A stretch of 53,448 nucleotides of DNA, taken from a virus (lineage: Duplodnaviria; Caudoviricetes). The position numbers were made by a program, and so were the translations under genes. A model generated the notes under the pieces. That model did not search any database, was not told the DNA's origin, and worked only from the letters and a program-made list of their open reading frames with translations. Positions 19,062 through 34,238 of this stretch are shown here, piece after piece; the stretch's first letter is position 1, and each line of letters opens with the position of its first letter. Where the stretch lies: IMG/VR virus record IMGVR_UViG_3300048591_001682, positions 1 to 53,448 of that record. One strand, 5' to 3'.

Positions 19062-19574
19062 TCACACCGCGTCGAACTCAGGGCGGAAGCGCACGACCCC
19101 CCACACGCCGTCGAGCCCATCCGGCGAGAGGCGCTGAACGAAGAAGACCTCGTCCGGCACCGGTTTTTCCCACCGGAGGTTGTGGCTGCTGGCCCGCACG
19201 AAGCCGTGGCGTGGGTAGTAGTCGGCGTGGCCAAGGACCACGCACAGTGGGTGCCCAGCGGCCCCAAGACGCCGCAGCCCCTCTTCGATGAGCTTGCCAC
19301 CGATGCCTTGGCGTTGATGAGCCGGCGAGACGGCCATCGGCGCGAGTCCGACTCCTTGGGCCGCGCGCGCCTCCGACTCGATGACGACGGGTGAGAACGC
19401 GATGTGGCCGATGACTTCGCCACTCGCCACCGCCACGAGCGACAGGCTGAGCGCCGCGTTGGCTCGCAGGGCATCGACCAGTCGCGCTTCGCCGTCGGTC
19501 TCGAACGCCGACACGTTCAGAGCGCGGATCGCGGCGATGTCGGCAGGCGTCTCTTCGCGGATCTCAATCTGCAT
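19062..19574 (-). CDS. GNAT acetyltransferase (YhbS-like), accessory
   Basis: IGHIAFSPV, LAPMAVSPAHQRQGIGGKLI, VLGHADYYPRHGF. Confidence 0.9.
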   Translation of the reverse strand: MQIEIREETPADIAAIRALNVSAFETDGEARLVDALRANAALSLSLVAVASGEVIGHIAFSPVVIESEARAAQGVGLAPMAVSPAHQRQGIGGKLIEEGLRRLGAAGHPLCVVLGHADYYPRHGFVRASSHNLRWEKPVPDEVFFVQRLSPDGLDGVWGVVRFRPEFDAV

Positions 19575-19593
19575 CGCGAACGCCATACCACGT

Positions 19594-19623
19594 GTCCCCT
19601 CCACGTGCGGGCGGCTGCTTTGC
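19594..19623 (+). promoter_or_regulatory. Conserved bipartite motif, copy 2
   Basis: GTCCC-N18-GCTTTGC then GGAGG RBS. Confidence 0.7.
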
Positions 19624-19641
19624 CCCAACGGAGGTCGACGC

Positions 19642-19830
19642 ATGCCCGAGACTGCGAAGCCGCGCGCGCCAGAGAGCCGCGCCCCGGATCAGGGGAACGG
19701 CACGGCATCGTCCGCGGCAGCGCGGCAGCAGAAGCGCTACGAGCCGGTCGTTTGGCCGCGCGACTTGAACGCGCCCTCCACCGACCAGCCGGCGTGGGGC
19801 TCCGACCCGGAGGCGCTGCGCGATGGGTGA
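19642..19830 (+). CDS. Small hypothetical phage protein
   Basis: GGAGG RBS; overlaps next start; its WPRDLN resembles WPLDLN at the scaffold C-terminus. Confidence 0.5.
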   Translation: MPETAKPRAPESRAPDQGNGTASSAAARQQKRYEPVVWPRDLNAPSTDQPAWGSDPEALRDG

Positions 19831-21997
19831 CCGCCGCGATGCCGCCATCGCCCACGCGCGCCGCATCCTCGCAGCGAACCAGCGCGCGCGCCAGGAGGTC
19901 GAGAAGACCATCTGGGGATCGCCCGCAGGCAAGAAGCGCCTGGCAGACCGCCTGGTGGCGATGCTCCCGGCGCACAAGACCTACGTCGAGCCCTTCGCCG
20001 GCAGCGCTGCGGTGCTGTTCGCCAAGGAGCCCTCGGAGGTCGAGGTCATCAACGATGCGGACCTCGAGATCGCGGACGCCTACCGGCTCATCAAGAAGCT
20101 CTCGTCCGAGGGGCTCGCGAAGCTGAAGAAGCTGCCGTGGGTCGGCGACGAGGAGACCTTCAAGCGGCTCCTCGACGTTGAGCCCGAGGACGACGTCGAG
20201 CGGCTGCACCGCTTTCTGTACCTGACGCACTTCTCCCACGGGAAGATGCGCGGCAAGAGCTTCAGCCCGACCGTGGTTGGCGTCGAGGCGACGACCATCA
20301 AGCGCATCGAGAAGTTCGCGCCGCGCCTGAAGAAGGTGAAGGTCTACGGCGGCGACTACGAGAAGGTCGTTCGCAAGTACGACAGTAAGGACACCGTCTT
20401 CTTCCTCGATCCGCCGTACCCCGGCTACAACGTGGACGTTGGCGAGAGCGAGTTCGACGAGGAGCGCTTCTTCAAGCTGCTCAAGTCGCTCAAGGGCCGT
20501 TTCCTCATCACCTACGGCATCCGGGGCAAGTTCCCGGAGCTGGTGAAGGACAGCGATTTCTGGACGAAGCGCATTCGCACCCGCCGCTCCATCGCGCACA
20601 TGCGGGGCGTCGGCGGCAGCTCCGTGCTGACGCAGCTCCCGGTCGCGAACTACGAGCCGACCACCAAGGCGCTCGACGACGAATTCGCCCTCGACGACTG
20701 GGACGACGCACTCGACGACGGCGCTGACGACGTCGAGAAGGCGCAGCCCTTCGGTACGTTCGGCGGTTCGTTCCACTACGCGAAGCGCATCGTGCCGCTC
20801 ATCCCAGCGCACAAAACCTACGTCGAGCCCTTCGCGGGCGCGGCGGCGGTGCTGCACGCCAAAGACCCGAGCGACAAGGAGGTCATCGCGGACCTCGACG
20901 ACGACGTGGTGTTCCTCCACCGGAGCATCAAGGCAATGACGCCCGAGCGCGTCGAGGAGCTGCGCCGCCGCTTCGAGTGGACCGTCACGCAGGAGAGCTT
21001 CGAGAAGGCCCGCGACATGACGCCGAAGGACGATGTCGCGCGCTTCTACAAGCTGGTGTTCGTGCGCACCCACGCGCGTGACTGCCGCCCCGACGGTACG
21101 CACCCGGCGCAGCAGCACCTCGGCTCGACGACGAACCCCGAAAAGTACCTCAGAGCCGCCGAGCGCCTGAAGGGCGTGAGCATCCTGCGGCAGGACTACC
21201 GCAAGACGATCAGCGCCTACGACAGCAAGGACACGTTCTTCTTCATCGACCCGCCGTACCCCGGCGAGTGGTTCGACAAGGACAAGGTCATCGATCTCAA
21301 CGAGTTCATCGACACGCTGGCGAAGGTCGAGGGCAAGTTCATCGCGGTCCTCAACCCCACGCCCGAGAACGTGGCGGCGTTCAAGAAGGTCGGGCACGTC
21401 TTCCGGCTCAAGGTGCGCGAGGCCTCGGGGCGCGGCGGCGCCAAGCAGGCCATGCGCCTCTTCGTCGCCAACTTTCCGGTGCGCAAGGCACAGGAGTTCG
21501 AGCTCGTCGCCAAGTGCGAGCACCTGCCGCTTGATCCCGGCGTCGATGCCCTGGTGTTCGACAAACCCTCGCGCCTCGTGAAGGGCATCGACCCGAACGA
21601 CGAGCGCTTCGTGCTGGGCATCGTGCTCGAGCCGGAGGTGGTCGACGCGCAGGGCGACATCTACTCGCCTGAGGAGATCCGCGCGGCCGCCCACCGTTTC
21701 ATGGAGGACTTCGGCGGTCTCGGGCTGATGCACCGGCTTCGCGTGAACGGGCAGGTGAAGGTGCTCGAGAGCTACCTCGCGCCCACCGACTTCACCATCG
21801 GCGAGCTCGCGGTCCGCAAGGGCACGTGGCTCCTCGCGGTGCGCGTGCTCTCCGACGAGCTGTGGGAGCGCGTGAAGTCTGGCGACCTCACGGGTTTCTC
21901 CATCGGCGGCTCAGCGCGCCGAGTGCCCGAGCCCGCTCCCGTTCAGACGTCGGAACAGCCGACCAACAACCAGCCACCCTCGGAGGCCTCCGCATGA
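19823..21997 (+). CDS. Tandem Dam-type adenine methyltransferase domains fused to XkdF-like prohead protease
   Basis: Two YVEPFAG and two DPPY motifs; C-terminal [19 protein letters not shown]...LMH...GTWLL...GFSIGG. Confidence 0.88.
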   Translation: MGDRRDAAIAHARRILAANQRARQEVEKTIWGSPAGKKRLADRLVAMLPAHKTYVEPFAGSAAVLFAKEPSEVEVINDADLEIADAYRLIKKLSSEGLAKLKKLPWVGDEETFKRLLDVEPEDDVERLHRFLYLTHFSHGKMRGKSFSPTVVGVEATTIKRIEKFAPRLKKVKVYGGDYEKVVRKYDSKDTVFFLDPPYPGYNVDVGESEFDEERFFKLLKSLKGRFLITYGIRGKFPELVKDSDFWTKRIRTRRSIAHMRGVGGSSVLTQLPVANYEPTTKALDDEFALDDWDDALDDGADDVEKAQPFGTFGGSFHYAKRIVPLIPAHKTYVEPFAGAAAVLHAKDPSDKEVIADLDDDVVFLHRSIKAMTPERVEELRRRFEWTVTQESFEKARDMTPKDDVARFYKLVFVRTHARDCRPDGTHPAQQHLGSTTNPEKYLRAAERLKGVSILRQDYRKTISAYDSKDTFFFIDPPYPGEWFDKDKVIDLNEFIDTLAKVEGKFIAVLNPTPENVAAFKKVGHVFRLKVREASGRGGAKQAMRLFVANFPVRKAQEFELVAKCEHLPLDPGVDALVFDKPSRLVKGIDPNDERFVLGIVLEPEVVDAQGDIYSPEEIRAAAHRFMEDFGGLGLMHRLRVNGQVKVLESYLAPTDFTIGELAVRKGTWLLAVRVLSDELWERVKSGDLTGFSIGGSARRVPEPAPVQTSEQPTNNQPPSEASA

Positions 21998-22791
21998 CGA
22001 CGCCGATAAGCAAGGCGGATGACGGCGTGCATCGCCTTGTCGACATGGTCGTCGAGGAGGTCTCGCTCGTCGACCGCGCCGCCAACAAGCACCGCTTCCT
22101 GATCGTGAAAAGGGATGACGCAATGGACGACGACAACACCACTGACAGTACGACCAACGATCCGTCGCCGCCCGCTGCGCCCACGGCGAAGCTCGACGAC
22201 AACTCGGCGCTGAACGCCGCCCTCGCGGCCCTCGAGAGCCTGACGGGGCTCGTCGAGCTGCTCGGTGATCTCGGCGCAGACCAGGCTGACGCGCGGCTTG
22301 CCGGGCTCGCCGAGGAGCTGCGCAGCGTCGCCATGCAGCTTCTCGATCGCACCGACGGAGATGGCGTTCAAGAGACCGACGATGGCGTCGAGGCGCGTGT
22401 GAAGAGCGAGCCCGCGACGTTCGCGGCCAGCGTCACCGCCGCGAAGCAGGCGCTCGCGCGGCTCGGCGAGTTGGCGAAGCAGGTGCCCGCGAAGGCCGAC
22501 AAGCCCGCTGAGCCGAAGCCCGAGCCCGCCCCGGCGGCGAAGACCGTCGCGGCCGACGTGACCGAGTCGCTCGCGAAGCTCGCCGATTCGTTCCGCGCGC
22601 TGTCGGAGACCGTGAAGGAGCAGCAGCAGCGACTCGGGCGCGTCGAGAAACAGTTCGGACTGCCCAACAGCGCAGCGCCTGCCGAGCGCGTCTCGAGGGC
22701 CACCGTCGAGGACGTGGGATGGCCGCTCGATCTCAACAAGCCCAAGGACCGGGAGAGCGTCGACAAGTCGGTCTCCTTCCACGACCTCTGA
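21994..22791 (+). CDS. Putative head scaffolding protein
   Basis: [12 protein letters not shown]-terminus, helical acidic body, position between protease and capsid. Confidence 0.7.
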   Translation: MTTPISKADDGVHRLVDMVVEEVSLVDRAANKHRFLIVKRDDAMDDDNTTDSTTNDPSPPAAPTAKLDDNSALNAALAALESLTGLVELLGDLGADQADARLAGLAEELRSVAMQLLDRTDGDGVQETDDGVEARVKSEPATFAASVTAAKQALARLGELAKQVPAKADKPAEPKPEPAPAAKTVAADVTESLAKLADSFRALSETVKEQQQRLGRVEKQFGLPNSAAPAERVSRATVEDVGWPLDLNKPKDRESVDKSVSFHDL

Positions 22792-22813
22792 TTTCCGCCG
22801 GAAGGAGACCCTC

Positions 22814-23755
<942 letters not shown>

Positions 23756-23767
23756 GGAGAACAAGAC

Positions 23768-24172
23768 ATGACCGACACCCTGCTGGTTCGCCTCAAGCCC
23801 TACGACCCGCGACGCGGCTTCGTGCTGCGTCGCTTCACCTACGCCGGCATCCGCTTCCAGGACGCGCGGGGCTGGTACCGCGTCGAACGCAAAGTCGGCG
23901 AGCACCTGCGTGCCGTGCGTACGGTGCCCACCGACCCGTACGCGCCGCTCGCGTTCGATGTCTGCACCGAGGCCGAGGCGAAGGCGCTCGATGCGGGCGA
24001 GAGCGAAGCCTCGAAGCTCAAGCGCAGCGCCACCGACGACCTCAAGCTTACGGCCGCACGCGGTGCCGTCACGACTGACGACCTGCCGAAGAACACGCCC
24101 GCCACCTCCGCGTCGCCGACCGCGAAGGACGACGAAGCGGGAAGCAAGCGCGGCAAGCGCGACCGAGAGTAA
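23768..24172 (+). CDS. Hypothetical phage protein
   Basis: GAGGAG RBS, position after capsid. Confidence 0.7.
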   Translation: MTDTLLVRLKPYDPRRGFVLRRFTYAGIRFQDARGWYRVERKVGEHLRAVRTVPTDPYAPLAFDVCTEAEAKALDAGESEASKLKRSATDDLKLTAARGAVTTDDLPKNTPATSASPTAKDDEAGSKRGKRDRE

Positions 24173-24173
24173 G

Positions 24174-24815
24174 GTGTACGCCTCGGTCGCCGACCTGCGC
24201 GCCGAGGGCGTGACTGCGGCCGAGGCGAGCGACGCCCGCCTTGAGCTGCTGATCGCCGAGGCCTCGAGCCTCATCGATCGCGTGACGGGCTGGTTTTTCG
24301 AGCCGCGCTTGCTGACGCTGCGTCTTTCGGGGCGCGACGCGCGAACCATTGAGCTGCCGGTGCCGCCGATCCGAGTGGACCGGCTCGTGCTCGACAGCGC
24401 GGAGCTGTCGCTCGATCCGAGTGAGCTGCTCGTCGTCGGCGCGCCCATCCGGCCTGGCTTCGATGGCCCGCGTCTCACGCGCCGCCGCGCATGCGTCTTC
24501 CCGCGCGGCCATGGCAATGTGGTGGCCGAGGGGCTGTGGGGCTTCACGGAGGACGACGGCACGCCCACGGGGCGCACACCGCCCGCGATCCGCCGAGCGA
24601 CGATGCTTCTCGTCCTGCGCTCGATGGCGCCGCTTGCCGACGACGCCTCGTTCGAGGCGCGCAGCCGGTGGCGCATCATCGAGGAGCGGACGCGCGACCA
24701 GAGCTACAAGCTCGAATCCACGAAGGCCTCGACAGCTGCCGCTCTGACGGGTGATCCCGAGGTCGACGCGCTGCTCTCGCTCTACGTGCGCCCGACTGCC
24801 ATGGGAGCCGCTTAG
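24174..24815 (+). CDS. Putative head-tail adaptor
   Basis: [31 protein letters not shown], gp6-like pattern. Confidence 0.7.
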   Translation: MYASVADLRAEGVTAAEASDARLELLIAEASSLIDRVTGWFFEPRLLTLRLSGRDARTIELPVPPIRVDRLVLDSAELSLDPSELLVVGAPIRPGFDGPRLTRRRACVFPRGHGNVVAEGLWGFTEDDGTPTGRTPPAIRRATMLLVLRSMAPLADDASFEARSRWRIIEERTRDQSYKLESTKASTAAALTGDPEVDALLSLYVRPTAMGAA

Positions 24816-24836
24816 CTTCGGCATTTGCTCCCGCTT

Positions 24837-25340
24837 CTATACGTCCGTAAGGCCCCACGCGGAGCGTTCTGATTCTCCCGGCGCCTCCCATGCATCGGAG
24901 GCGCGCTCGAAGAACTCCGGTGGCACCACCTGCGTGAATTCTCCCGGTGCACGGTTCCGATTCACAACGCGCTCACGCCGGACCGCGCGTGGCGCGTTGA
25001 CCACGTAGACAACGAGCACAAGCTCTTCGTCGCGCGCTCGTTCGTAGTACGTCTCCCGCTCAACTCGCTGGAGGAGGCCGAGCTCGAGGAATACGTCGGT
25101 GCCGCAGCGTAGTGCGCCGAGTGCTACGTCCCACAGCAGACTGCGACAGCGCTCGCGACGCTCCAGGTACCAAGCCATCACGCCCTCCGCGGGGCGCGGA
25201 TCGTCTCCGAATAGGCGCACCATGCAAGTGTCGACGTCGAGGTGAAGCGCCGGCGACTTGGCCATGCGTCGCTGCGCGTACGTGGTCTTCCCGGCGCCGA
25301 CAGGACCGATCAAGAGATGCAGCGTGCCCGGCGACGTCAT
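24837..25340 (-). CDS. P-loop kinase/ATPase (AAA_33-like), accessory
   Basis: GPVGAGKTT Walker A. Confidence 0.8.
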   Translation of the reverse strand: MTSPGTLHLLIGPVGAGKTTYAQRRMAKSPALHLDVDTCMVRLFGDDPRPAEGVMAWYLERRERCRSLLWDVALGALRCGTDVFLELGLLQRVERETYYERARDEELVLVVYVVNAPRAVRRERVVNRNRAPGEFTQVVPPEFFERASDAWEAPGESERSAWGLTDV

Positions 25341-25588
25341 GACTTCTCTTGCGCGCAGCCGTGTGGCTTGAAAATGCGTTGCGTCGAAGCTGGGTTCGCC
25401 GCGAGCTTGTTCGCCGGACGACGCGGGCGCGGAGTGAGCTCACCGGCGCAGTTGGGGCAGATGCCCTTCAGGCGCTCCGTCGTGCAGGTCACGCAGAACG
25501 TGCACTCGAAGGAGCAGATGCGCGCGTCCGGCGAGTCGGGAGGGAGATCACGATCGCAGCATTCGCAGCTTGGACGTAGTTGCAGCAC
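25337..25588 (-). CDS. DUF1272 family protein, accessory
   Basis: LQLRPSCECCDRDLPP..ICSFECTFC..CPNCAGELTPRPRRP. Confidence 0.85.
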   Translation of the reverse strand: MLQLRPSCECCDRDLPPDSPDARICSFECTFCVTCTTERLKGICPNCAGELTPRPRRPANKLAANPASTQRIFKPHGCAQEKS

Positions 25589-25641
25589 AGGGCGGCCTCC
25601 TTGGCCTTGCGAAGGAACCACGGGACACGACGAAGGGCAAC

Positions 25642-25672
25642 GTCCCTGTGGTGCCCTTGAGCGGCGCTTGGC
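25642..25672 (+). promoter_or_regulatory. Conserved bipartite motif, copy 3 (variant)
   Basis: GTCCC-N19-GCTTGGC. Confidence 0.55.
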
Positions 25673-25678
25673 CCGTAT

Positions 25679-26179
25679 GTGCGTGGGCGCCTGATCTTCC
25701 CCTTTCTCGCCGAGCTCTATCGCCTCGATACCGTGGCGATGGCTCCTACCTATGACGAGGACTTCAAGGAGCCGGTGCTCGTCGACTCGGACGACGACGG
25801 ACTCGGCGAGCCCTTTCGAAGCGAGCACCCGCCAGTGCGCGTCCCCTGCCAGGTGGAGCCGGAAGCTTTTGAAGCCTTGCGCATGGCGACGTCCGGGAAC
25901 ACGCCCAGGTCGAGCTTCGACCTGGTCTTCCACTTCAGGGATCTCGAGCGGCTCGGCCTCGTCGACGCTGCCACGGGCGACGCCCTGATTCGTCCGAGCG
26001 ACAGGCTGGGCGCGCTCTACGCGCGCGACGGCCAACTCGTACAGGCCGTGCGCACGCCTCCCGGTCTCTACGTGACCGAGGCGCGTCCCATCGGCTTTGG
26101 GCTCCATCGGCGTCGGCCCAGCCGGAACCTGCTGCTCGTGTCTTTCCAGGATCGAGCAGCGGCAAGGAGCGGAACATGA
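25679..26179 (+). CDS. Putative head-closure/neck protein
   Basis: Position and size; coupled to next gene. Confidence 0.55.
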   Translation: MRGRLIFPFLAELYRLDTVAMAPTYDEDFKEPVLVDSDDDGLGEPFRSEHPPVRVPCQVEPEAFEALRMATSGNTPRSSFDLVFHFRDLERLGLVDAATGDALIRPSDRLGALYARDGQLVQAVRTPPGLYVTEARPIGFGLHRRRPSRNLLLVSFQDRAAARSGT

Positions 26180-26466
26180 TGAAGAAGCTGCTGCCCGCGG
26201 CACTCGCGCTGGGCAGTCTCGGCGCGCACTGCCGGTCTGCTGACGGATGCGAGCCCGGCGCGACGCGCTGCAGAGACAACGTCGCCGAGCTCTGCGACGC
26301 GAATGGCAACTACCACGAGCTCGCCGACTGCGAGGACGTGAGCGAGCGGAGCGGCGCGCCATTCGTCTGCGCGTACGTCGATGAGACGACCGAGGACGGG
26401 CGCATCACCGGTCACACCTGCGTGTCCGCGAGCGACGCCGACGCAGCGGCGGGAGGTAGGCGATGA
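26176..26466 (+). CDS. Small Cys-rich putative lipoprotein
   Basis: [18 protein letters not shown] signal plus further cysteines. Confidence 0.6.
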   Translation: MMKKLLPAALALGSLGAHCRSADGCEPGATRCRDNVAELCDANGNYHELADCEDVSERSGAPFVCAYVDETTEDGRITGHTCVSASDADAAAGGRR

Positions 26467-27104
26467 AGGGCTACCTCCAGTCACTACCGGTGGTCGGCAA
26501 GGTGTTCCACGACGTGCAGCCCGAGGAAGTTCGGGCGTTCTGGCGCTTCATGCAGGATCGCTTTCGTACGAGCGTGATCAACAAGAACAGCGCGCTCGAG
26601 ATGCAGCTCGTCGCGCGAGGCCTCGAGGCGCTCGGCATCCAGAACCGCGAGCGCTTCCTCAAGAACTTCACGACGACCATCGGCCGCCGCATCTACACGC
26701 CGTTTGAGGTCGGCTCCCCGAAGGGCGGCTGGGACCTCTGGCGCCAGATCGTTACTTGCGTGCATGAGCACCAGCACGTGGTTCAACGCGATCGCGAGGG
26801 CTTGTCGTTCCAGCTCAGCTACCTCGCCGACCGCGCCGCGCGCGCCCGCTGGGAGGCCGAGGCCTACCGCTCCAACTTCGAGCTGCAGTTCTGGCGCACG
26901 GGGAGTACGCCCTCCGCGCAGCGCACGGCCTCGGTGCTCAAGGACTACGGCTGCCGCGAGGAGGACGTCGAAGTCGTCGCGAAGTCGCTCGCTCTCGCCG
27001 CCGTTTCCATCCGGCACGGAGCGGTCATCAACGAAGCGACGCATGTCGCGCTCAGTTGGCTCGACGAGCACCTGCCGCGCTTGCGCTTCAGGCAGGTGGC
27101 ATGA
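26463..27104 (+). CDS. Putative zincin-like metalloprotease
   Basis: HEHQH (HExxH) and downstream WEAEAY. Confidence 0.6.
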   Translation: MKGYLQSLPVVGKVFHDVQPEEVRAFWRFMQDRFRTSVINKNSALEMQLVARGLEALGIQNRERFLKNFTTTIGRRIYTPFEVGSPKGGWDLWRQIVTCVHEHQHVVQRDREGLSFQLSYLADRAARARWEAEAYRSNFELQFWRTGSTPSAQRTASVLKDYGCREEDVEVVAKSLALAAVSIRHGAVINEATHVALSWLDEHLPRLRFRQVA

Positions 27105-27108
27105 CGTC

Positions 27109-27699
27109 ATGACGGTCTCGCGCACGGGAGAATGGGCACGAGCGCGGCAGCTTCTGACCGCTGCGCCACACCGCCTGCAGACGGCGATCGGCACCGCCGT
27201 GCGCCAGGAAGCCCACGCCCTGCGCAACGAGATCGTCCAGGGGCTTACGAGCCAAGCGCCCGGTGGCGAGCCGCTGAAGCCGCCGTCGCCGCTCACGATC
27301 GCAGCCCGCCAGCTCGAGGGCTTCGGCGGGAGCAAGGCGCTCATCGTGCGCGGCGACCTTCGCAACTCCATCACCGTGATCGTGCGGGGCGACGAGGCCT
27401 TCATCGGCATCTCGCGTTCCGCGCGTTCGAAGGACGGCGCCTTGATGGTGGACCTCGCCAAGCTCCACGAGTTCGGCGGCCCGCCCGTCATCATCCCGAT
27501 GACGCCGAAGATGCGCCGCTTCCTGTTCGCGCTGCTCCGTAAGGCAGGCAGGGAGCCCACGGGCGGAAGCGGTCGTGGGGCCATCGTCATGCAGGTACCC
27601 GCGCGGCCGTTCCTGCGGCCGGCGTTCGAGAAGTTCCGCAGCGGGGCGAGCCGCCGTTTGCTTGAGCGTGTCGCCAAGCAGCTCGGACTTGATACTTAG
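27109..27699 (+). CDS. Virion morphogenesis / tail completion protein
   Basis: [27 protein letters not shown]. Confidence 0.8.
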   Translation: MTVSRTGEWARARQLLTAAPHRLQTAIGTAVRQEAHALRNEIVQGLTSQAPGGEPLKPPSPLTIAARQLEGFGGSKALIVRGDLRNSITVIVRGDEAFIGISRSARSKDGALMVDLAKLHEFGGPPVIIPMTPKMRRFLFALLRKAGREPTGGSGRGAIVMQVPARPFLRPAFEKFRSGASRRLLERVAKQLGLDT

Positions 27700-27995
27700 C
27701 GGTCGTCGTCCGGATCGAGCTCGCCAAGCAGCCTGTGCCCTTCGAACACAGTGAGCACTACGATGTCCTTGTCGACGACGCGGTAAACGACGCGGTACGT
27801 GCGCAGGAACACTTCGCGTACGTCGCTGCGACCGATTTCCGGCACGACGCGACCAGCAGTCGGCAGCTCCGCGGCTCGTGCCGCACGTTCTCGTAGCCGC
27901 TCGACCCACGATCGGGCAGCGATTGGATCGTCGAGCGCGATGTAGTCACCGATCGCGAAGAGGTCCGCGATGGATCGTTCAGTCCAGCGAACCAT
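27696..27995 (-). CDS. RelE/ParE family toxin
   Basis: [31 protein letters not shown]. Confidence 0.88.
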   Translation of the reverse strand: MVRWTERSIADLFAIGDYIALDDPIAARSWVERLRERAARAAELPTAGRVVPEIGRSDVREVFLRTYRVVYRVVDKDIVVLTVFEGHRLLGELDPDDDR

Positions 27996-28316
27996 CTACT
28001 TCTTCTTCGGTAGAGCGCCGAAGCGCGCGTCGAGGCGACGTCCGACCTCGTCGTGGCTTACGACACGCCCCTCCTCGTAGTCGTCGAGTCCCTCCTGAAC
28101 CGCAGCAATGAACCGAGCCTGGGCGGTCAACCGGTCGAACTCCTCGGGAGCTAGAAGGACCGCGGCCGCCTTTCCATTCTGGGTCACGACAAATGGACGC
28201 TGGCGCCCCCGAAGCTCTCGTATTCTTTCCGAAAGATGGGCTTTTAGTTCCCCGATAGGGATGATGTCCTCAGCCACGTGGAGCGCTGACACGGGACCAT
28301 TTTTCGGCCTGCTCAT
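27996..28316 (-). CDS. Phd/YefM family antitoxin
   Basis: IIPIGELKAHLS, PFVVTQNGKAAAVLL; directly upstream of toxin. Confidence 0.88.
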   Translation of the reverse strand: MSRPKNGPVSALHVAEDIIPIGELKAHLSERIRELRGRQRPFVVTQNGKAAAVLLAPEEFDRLTAQARFIAAVQEGLDDYEEGRVVSHDEVGRRLDARFGALPKKK

Positions 28317-28368
28317 GGGACTGAATTTAGACCTATCCCCGACCCCTGACAAGCGGAGCGCTGCGCCC

Positions 28369-28399
28369 GTCCCCAGCACCCTGACGCCCCTGGCTTTGC
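28369..28399 (+). promoter_or_regulatory. Conserved bipartite motif, copy 4
   Basis: GTCCC-N19-GCTTTGC. Confidence 0.7.
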
Positions 28400-28405
28400 T
28401 TGCGC

Positions 28406-29314
28406 GTGGCCCTCCCGACGCTCAGCTCCGTGCAGCCTCCCGCTGGGCCGTCCAGCGGCGGCGACCTCGTTCGGCTCGTCGGAGCCGATTTCGCCGATCG
28501 GGTCCAGGTGGTGTTCGGCGGCGTGCTCGCCGAGGTGCTGTCCGTCCGTGACGAGGCGGGGCTGCGGATCGTCGACCTCCGCACGCCGGTCCACGCGGTC
28601 GGCGTCGTCGACGTCGAACTGCAGAACCTCGACGCGGCGGGCGACCCGATCCCCGGCGAGTCCGTGGTGCTCGCGAGCGCCTACCGCTTCGCGCGACCAA
28701 CCGTCGCTCGCGAGGCCGACCTCACGCGCGTCATCCGGCAGCTGCTGCGCGAGCTGAAGCGCCAGGTGCTCGCCAACGTGAGCGCCACGGTCAGCGTCGA
28801 CTACGACGACACGACGCTCGACGGGCTGAACGTCATCGCGATGGCCAAGGTGCCGTCGCTGGTTCTCTCGGGGCCGACACTGCGCCCGAATCGCTTCTAC
28901 TCGGCGAACGTCGCCCACGAGGATGTGGTGGGTGGCGTCTCGGGTCCCGAGCTCGTTCGGCGCAAGCCGCCGTACACCGTGGACCTGGTCTTCTCGCTCA
29001 CCGCCGCGTCGGAGCGGACAGCCGAGCTGTTCAACCTGATGGCGGCCGTCGCGACGTTCCTGAACCGCAACCGCTGGCTCGAGCTGCAGCGCGATCCCGC
29101 CGACGCGTCGCGAGGCACCGTCCGCTGGGAGCTCGACGCCGATGGCGAGTTCCGCACCCAGCTCGCGGGCAAGGACGACGTGCGCGCGTTCACCTGCGGC
29201 TTCGTCTTGCGCGGCTTCGACGTCGACGAGGGGCTGCTCCTCGACCTTGGCAAGCGCGTCACCGAGCCTGAGCTGCTCCCGACTCAGGCGATCGCTCCCG
29301 GAGTTGCCTCGTGA
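28406..29314 (+). CDS. IPT/TIG-domain protein, putative tail terminator
   Basis: PTLSSVQPPAGPSSGGDLVRLVG IPT-like start; position before sheath. Confidence 0.65.
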   Translation: MALPTLSSVQPPAGPSSGGDLVRLVGADFADRVQVVFGGVLAEVLSVRDEAGLRIVDLRTPVHAVGVVDVELQNLDAAGDPIPGESVVLASAYRFARPTVAREADLTRVIRQLLRELKRQVLANVSATVSVDYDDTTLDGLNVIAMAKVPSLVLSGPTLRPNRFYSANVAHEDVVGGVSGPELVRRKPPYTVDLVFSLTAASERTAELFNLMAAVATFLNRNRWLELQRDPADASRGTVRWELDADGEFRTQLAGKDDVRAFTCGFVLRGFDVDEGLLLDLGKRVTEPELLPTQAIAPGVAS

Positions 29315-29666
29315 CCGTTTCGCTGACCAACACCAGCGGCCGCTGCCTCGTGTTCGTGCTCGCACACGAGACGTACTGCATGGCGCTCGGCGAGTGTCGC
29401 TGCGACGTCGAGCAGGGGCGCCGGGCACGGCGAACGGCGAAGTCGCTCACGCTGGCGAGCGACGTGACCAGCCCTGCGCTCGATGACGCGGTGCTGACCA
29501 TCCCCGACGTCGTGCGCGCGGTGAAGCGCGGCGACCTCAGCGTGAAGCGCCACGTGCCTGAGCTGCCGAAGCCCGTCCTGGCCGCGACTCTACCCGTCCT
29601 TACGACCTCGCTCGCCGAGGTCAGCCGCCCTGACGTGAAGGCGAAGAAGAACAAGCGAGGTGCATC

Positions 29667-29670
<4 letters not shown>
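29311..29670 (+). CDS. Hypothetical phage protein
   Basis: GTGA overlaps at both ends. Confidence 0.6.
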
Positions 29671-31889
<2,219 letters not shown>

Positions 31890-31903
31890 CGAGGAACTAA
31901 CCC

Positions 31904-32365
<462 letters not shown>

Positions 32366-33178
32366 CTACGGAGCGCTCGGGACAGGGTGGTGCGTCCGAA
32401 CTGCGGCATCGAGGCGCCGATGCACGTATGACACGAGCGTAAGGAGATCGAGTGCGTCTTGCTCCGAGATCGCCCAGTCAACGCGTGGCGCGTGGGCAGT
32501 CGGATTCCTAAAGGTGCCGAACAAACCCACGACAAGATTGACGAAGCCCTTCTGCTCCGATCGTTCGGTGTCGTTCTGGAGGCTGTTGATCGCGAGGCAT
32601 GGCTGCTGGCCGCCAAAGGCCCCCTGCACCAAACCGGCGCCGTCATCTTGAAGGCCAGATTTCAGTCGAATCTTTGCGGCAACGCTCTTGGTCGCCTCGA
32701 GCACCGCATGGAAGTAGTTGCCGTCGAGAAGCTCAGGACGACAGAAGGCCAGCACGTCGGCGTGCACGCACCGCGCGAGCAACTTCGCGCGAAGGTCGTT
32801 CGCTCGCACCTCTGCTTCGTTCAGGGTTCGCGCTGCGGTGACGGCAGCAAGCCGGCCGGCCTCAGTAAGGGTTAAACCGTGAAAGGCCAAGATCCTGTTG
32901 AGGGCCTGGCGCAGCGATACATGGACCTCGTGACTACCAACGAAGTTGACCGGAGCCATGACGGCCTCGATAAAGGCGCCGACGTTGTTTCCGACGCGGT
33001 CACTTGCCTGACGTGCCGCGAGCGCCTCGAGTACACGGCGCCACCTCGGTCCCTCACTTGGCGCATCAAATCCGAGCCGCTGAAAGAGATCGGTGAACTG
33101 GCCATGCGTCCGCGCATCCGCCAGAGCACGGGCGATCTGCTCAAGCTGGTCATGTGGGAATGTTGTGATGCCCATCAT
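32366..33178 (-). CDS. TIGR02391-family / AbiJ-like protein, accessory
   Basis: [32 protein letters not shown] (HEPN-like RxxxxH). Confidence 0.8.
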   Translation of the reverse strand: MMGITTFPHDQLEQIARALADARTHGQFTDLFQRLGFDAPSEGPRWRRVLEALAARQASDRVGNNVGAFIEAVMAPVNFVGSHEVHVSLRQALNRILAFHGLTLTEAGRLAAVTAARTLNEAEVRANDLRAKLLARCVHADVLAFCRPELLDGNYFHAVLEATKSVAAKIRLKSGLQDDGAGLVQGAFGGQQPCLAINSLQNDTERSEQKGFVNLVVGLFGTFRNPTAHAPRVDWAISEQDALDLLTLVSYVHRRLDAAVRTHHPVPSAP

Positions 33179-33222
33179 CGCTGATTGTTACGCGCAAACA
33201 CCAGAGCGACCAACCACTGCCT

Positions 33223-33253
33223 GTCCCCCCTCGCGCATCCCTGCCCGCTTTGC
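33223..33253 (+). promoter_or_regulatory. Conserved bipartite motif, copy 5
   Basis: GTCCC-N19-GCTTTGC then GAGGAGG RBS. Confidence 0.7.
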
Positions 33254-33270
33254 CCCCGAGGAGGCAGCGC

Positions 33271-34047
33271 ATGGCCGACGTCATCACGTGCCCTTCGGGG
33301 CTCACGGGCCGCATCCGCGGCATGAAAGTGCGCGAGGAGCGCGTCCTCGCCGACCGCAAGCTCGCCAAGAGCGGCGGGCAGATCGACGAACTGCTCAACG
33401 CCTGCTGGGAGGAGACGCTCGACGCCGGGCCGTACACGCTCGCTGAGGGCGGCAAGCTCGACTGGAGCAAAGTCCTCCAGGGCGACCGCTTCTTCGCGCT
33501 CCTGATGGTGCGCGCGCTGACCTACGGGCCCGAGTACGCCTTCGGCGTCGGCTGCCGCAACGACGCGTGCCACGCCCGCATCGAGTGGGAGGTCGACCTG
33601 ACGAAGCTGCCGGTGCGTGCCCTCTCTGACGAGAGCCGCGCCGCCTTCGCGGACGGGAACCGCTTCGAGGCCACGCTGCCCGACGCAGGTAAGCGCCTCC
33701 GCTTTCGGCTGCTCACCGGTGACGATGAGCGGAAGCTCCCTTCGCTCCAGCGCGCCGCACCCGACAAGCTGCTCTCGGCGGTGCTCGCATACCGCGTCCT
33801 CGACATCGACGGCGTCGAGCCGAAGGCGAAGCGCCAGTCTCTCGAGGACCTCACGATGCGCGACGCGGACTTCCTCGTGGACGAGTTCGACCGCGTCGAC
33901 TGCGGCGTCGATACGACCATCGAGATCGAGTGCCCGGAGTGCTTCGCCACGCAGGAGGTCGACCTCCCTTTCGACAAGGGGTTCTTCCTCCCGGGCCGGG
34001 ACAGGACGGCGAGGCGGAAGGCCCGGAGCAGCTCTTCCCCCACGTGA
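33271..34047 (+). CDS. Tail/baseplate assembly chaperone (T4 gp26-like)
   Basis: [19 protein letters not shown], CxxxxC and CPEC Zn sites, position before tape measure. Confidence 0.75.
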   Translation: MADVITCPSGLTGRIRGMKVREERVLADRKLAKSGGQIDELLNACWEETLDAGPYTLAEGGKLDWSKVLQGDRFFALLMVRALTYGPEYAFGVGCRNDACHARIEWEVDLTKLPVRALSDESRAAFADGNRFEATLPDAGKRLRFRLLTGDDERKLPSLQRAAPDKLLSAVLAYRVLDIDGVEPKAKRQSLEDLTMRDADFLVDEFDRVDCGVDTTIEIECPECFATQEVDLPFDKGFFLPGRDRTARRKARSSSSPT

Positions 34048-34235
34048 CGATGGAGGCCTGGCGCGAGGGCATCTTCCAGGTCTGCTGGCAACAGCACGGA
34101 GGCTCCGGGCTCGCCGTGACGCTGGGCGACGCCCTCGAGCTGCCGACGACGGACCGCGACTGGCTGGTCGAGCGAATCGGCCAGCAGCGCGCTTGGGAGG
34201 CGAAGGAGCTCGAAAAGGCAGCGAAGCGGAGGTGA
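34044..34235 (+). CDS. Small tail chaperone-like protein
   Basis: Fills gap between chaperone and tape measure; [14 protein letters not shown]. Confidence 0.5.
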   Translation: MTMEAWREGIFQVCWQQHGGSGLAVTLGDALELPTTDRDWLVERIGQQRAWEAKELEKAAKRR

Positions 34236-34238
34236 TCG

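Noticed and set aside
33960-34050. Programmed frameshift joining the two tail chaperone ORFs
   Set aside because: No XXXYYYZ slippery heptamer seen; GTGA coupling explains the arrangement
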